DNA from: Eledone cirrhosa
Lineage: Eukaryota
DNA length: 64,000 bases
Assembly (NCBI GenBank): GCA_964016885.1
Contig: OZ024742.1
Coordinates: 361,212,001 to 361,276,000 of the forward strand
Reading direction: 5' to 3'
In this document: positions 61,801 through 64,000 of the stretch, piece after piece
Layout of the letters: each line of letters opens with the position of its first letter
Position numbering within the stretch: position 1 is the first letter of the stretch
Position numbers and translations under genes: made by a program
Notes under the pieces: model-generated
Told to the model about the DNA's origin: nothing
Databases searched by the model: none
What the model saw: the letters and a program-made list of their open reading frames with translations, nothing else

Positions 61801-64000
61801 ACAAAGGGTATATAGCTAAACATAGAATTACCATTATCAAAGGGTATATAGCTATACCTAGAATTACCATCTTCAAAGGGTATATAAGCTATACATAGAA
61901 TTACCATCAACAAAGGGTATATAGCTATACATAGAATTACCATCATCAAATGGTATAAAAGCTATACATAGAATTACCATCAACAAAGGGTATATAGCTA
62001 TACATAGAATTACCATCATCAAACAGTATATAGCTATACATAGAATTACCATCAACAAACGGTATATGTAGCTATACATAGAATTACCATCATCAAAGGG
62101 TATATAGCTATACATAGAATTACCATCATCAAAGGTTATATAGCTATACATAGAATTACCATCAACAAACAGTATATAGCTATACATAGAATTACCATCA
62201 TCAAACAGTATATAGCTATACATAGAATTACCATCAACAAAGAGTATATATAGCTATACATAGAATTACCATCATCAAAGGGTATATAGCTATACATAGA
62301 ATTACCATCATCAAAGGGTATATAGCTATACATAGAATTACCATCATCAAAGGGTATATAGCTATACATAGAATTACCATCAACAAACAGTATATAGCTA
62401 TACACAGAATTACCATCATTAAAGGGTATATATAGCTATACATAGAATTACCATCATCAAAGGGTATATAAGCTATACATAGAATTACCATCATCAAAGG
62501 GTATATAGCTATACATAGAATTACCATCAACAAACAGTATATAGCTATACACAGAATTACCATCATCAAAGTGTATATATAGCTATACATAGAATTAACA
62601 TCATCAAAGGGTATATAGCTATACATAGAATTACCATGATCAAAGGGTATATAGCTATACATAGAATTACCATCAACAAAGAGTATATAGCTATACATAA
62701 AATTACCATCATCAAAGGGTATATAAGCTATACATAGGATTACCATCAACAAAGGGTATATAGCTATACATAGAATTACCATCATCAAAGGGTATATAGC
62801 TATATGTAGAATTACCATCATCAAAAGGTATATAGCTATAGATAGAATTACCATCAACAAACAGTATATAGCTATACACAGAATTACCATCAACAAAGGG
62901 TATATAGCTATACATAGAATTACCATCATCAAAGGGTATATTGCTATACATAGAATTACCATCATCAAAGGGTATAGAGCTATACATAGAATTACCATCA
63001 TCAAAGGATATATAGCTATACATAGAATTACCATCGTAAAAGGGTATATATAGCTATACATAGAATTACCATTAACAAACAGTATATAGCTATACACAGA
63101 ATTACCATCAATAAAGGGTATATAGCTATACATAGAATTACCATCATTAAAGTGTATATAGCTATACATAGAATTACCATCATCAAAGGGTATATTGCTA
63201 TACATAGAATTACCATCATCAAAGGGTATATAGCTATACATAGAATTACCATCATCAAAGGGTATATAGCTATACATAGAATTACCATCGTCAAAGGGTA
63301 TATATAGCTATACATAGAATTACCATTAACAAACAGTATATAGCTATACACAGAATTACCATCAACCAAGGGTATATAGCTATACATAGAATTACCATCA
63401 ACAAACAGTATATAGCTATACACAGAATTACCATCAACAAAGGGTATATAGCTATACATAGAATTACCATCAAAAACAGTATATAGCTATACATAGAATT
63501 ACCATCAACAAACAGTATATAGGTATACATAGAATTACCATCAACAAACAGTATATAGCTATACATAGAATTACCATCAACAAACAGTATATAGCTATAC
63601 ACAGAATTACCATCAACAAAGGGTATATAGCTATACATAGAATTACCATCAACAAACAGTATATAGCTATACATAGAATTACCATCAACAAACAGTATAT
63701 AGCTATACATAGAATTACCATCAACAAACAGTATATAGCTATACACAGAATTACCATCATCAAAGGGTATATAGCTATGCCTAGAATTACCATCAACAAA
63801 CAGTATATAGCTATACATAGAATTACCATCATCAAAGGGTATATAGCTATACATAGAATTACCATCATCAAAGTGTATATATAGCTATACATAGAATTAC
63901 CATCAACAAAGGGTACATAGCTATACACAGAATTACCATCATCAAAGGGTATATAGCTATACATAGAATTACCATCATCAAAGGGTATATATAGCTATAC
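58826..64000 (+). repeat. 36-38-bp minisatellite, consensus GCTATACATAGAATTACCATCA(T/A)CAAA(GG/CA)GTATATA, about 140 units, running off the window end
   Basis: Read directly. Length variants arise in the terminal TA run (+A, +TA). Confidence 0.99.

Noticed and set aside
58848-63964. Many MYSYIPFDDGNS / MVILCIAIYPL repeat ORFs
   Set aside because: These are translations of the 36-bp minisatellite with frequent +1/+2 frameshifts and no sign of frame conservation.

Overview
Gene-poor, AT-rich animal genomic DNA. The repeat families look like those of coleoid cephalopods (Octopus-like); this is an inference from pattern recognition, not a database result. About 65% of the window is two tandem arrays: a 30-bp satellite (5071-41484, about 1,200 units, with kb-scale block duplications) and a 36-38-bp minisatellite (58826 to the window end). 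Each abuts a decayed RTE-clade LINE, and each unit reads like a piece of that LINE's ORF. The other ~22 kb holds RTE LINE fragments, SINEs, TTAA-flanked MITEs and microsatellites. The main feature there is a young, 5'-truncated Penelope-like retroelement (C-terminal RT half plus GIY-YIG endonuclease) arranged as a spacer-less head-to-head palindrome of 2 x 1816 bp (44518-48149), set in (TA)n, with a hammerhead-ribozyme core in each arm and a ~45-bp tail on one side only. Several small non-coding elements repeat this asymmetric fold-back design, and eight hammerhead or half-hammerhead motifs were read by eye. No host gene can be named; only weak candidate exons were seen.
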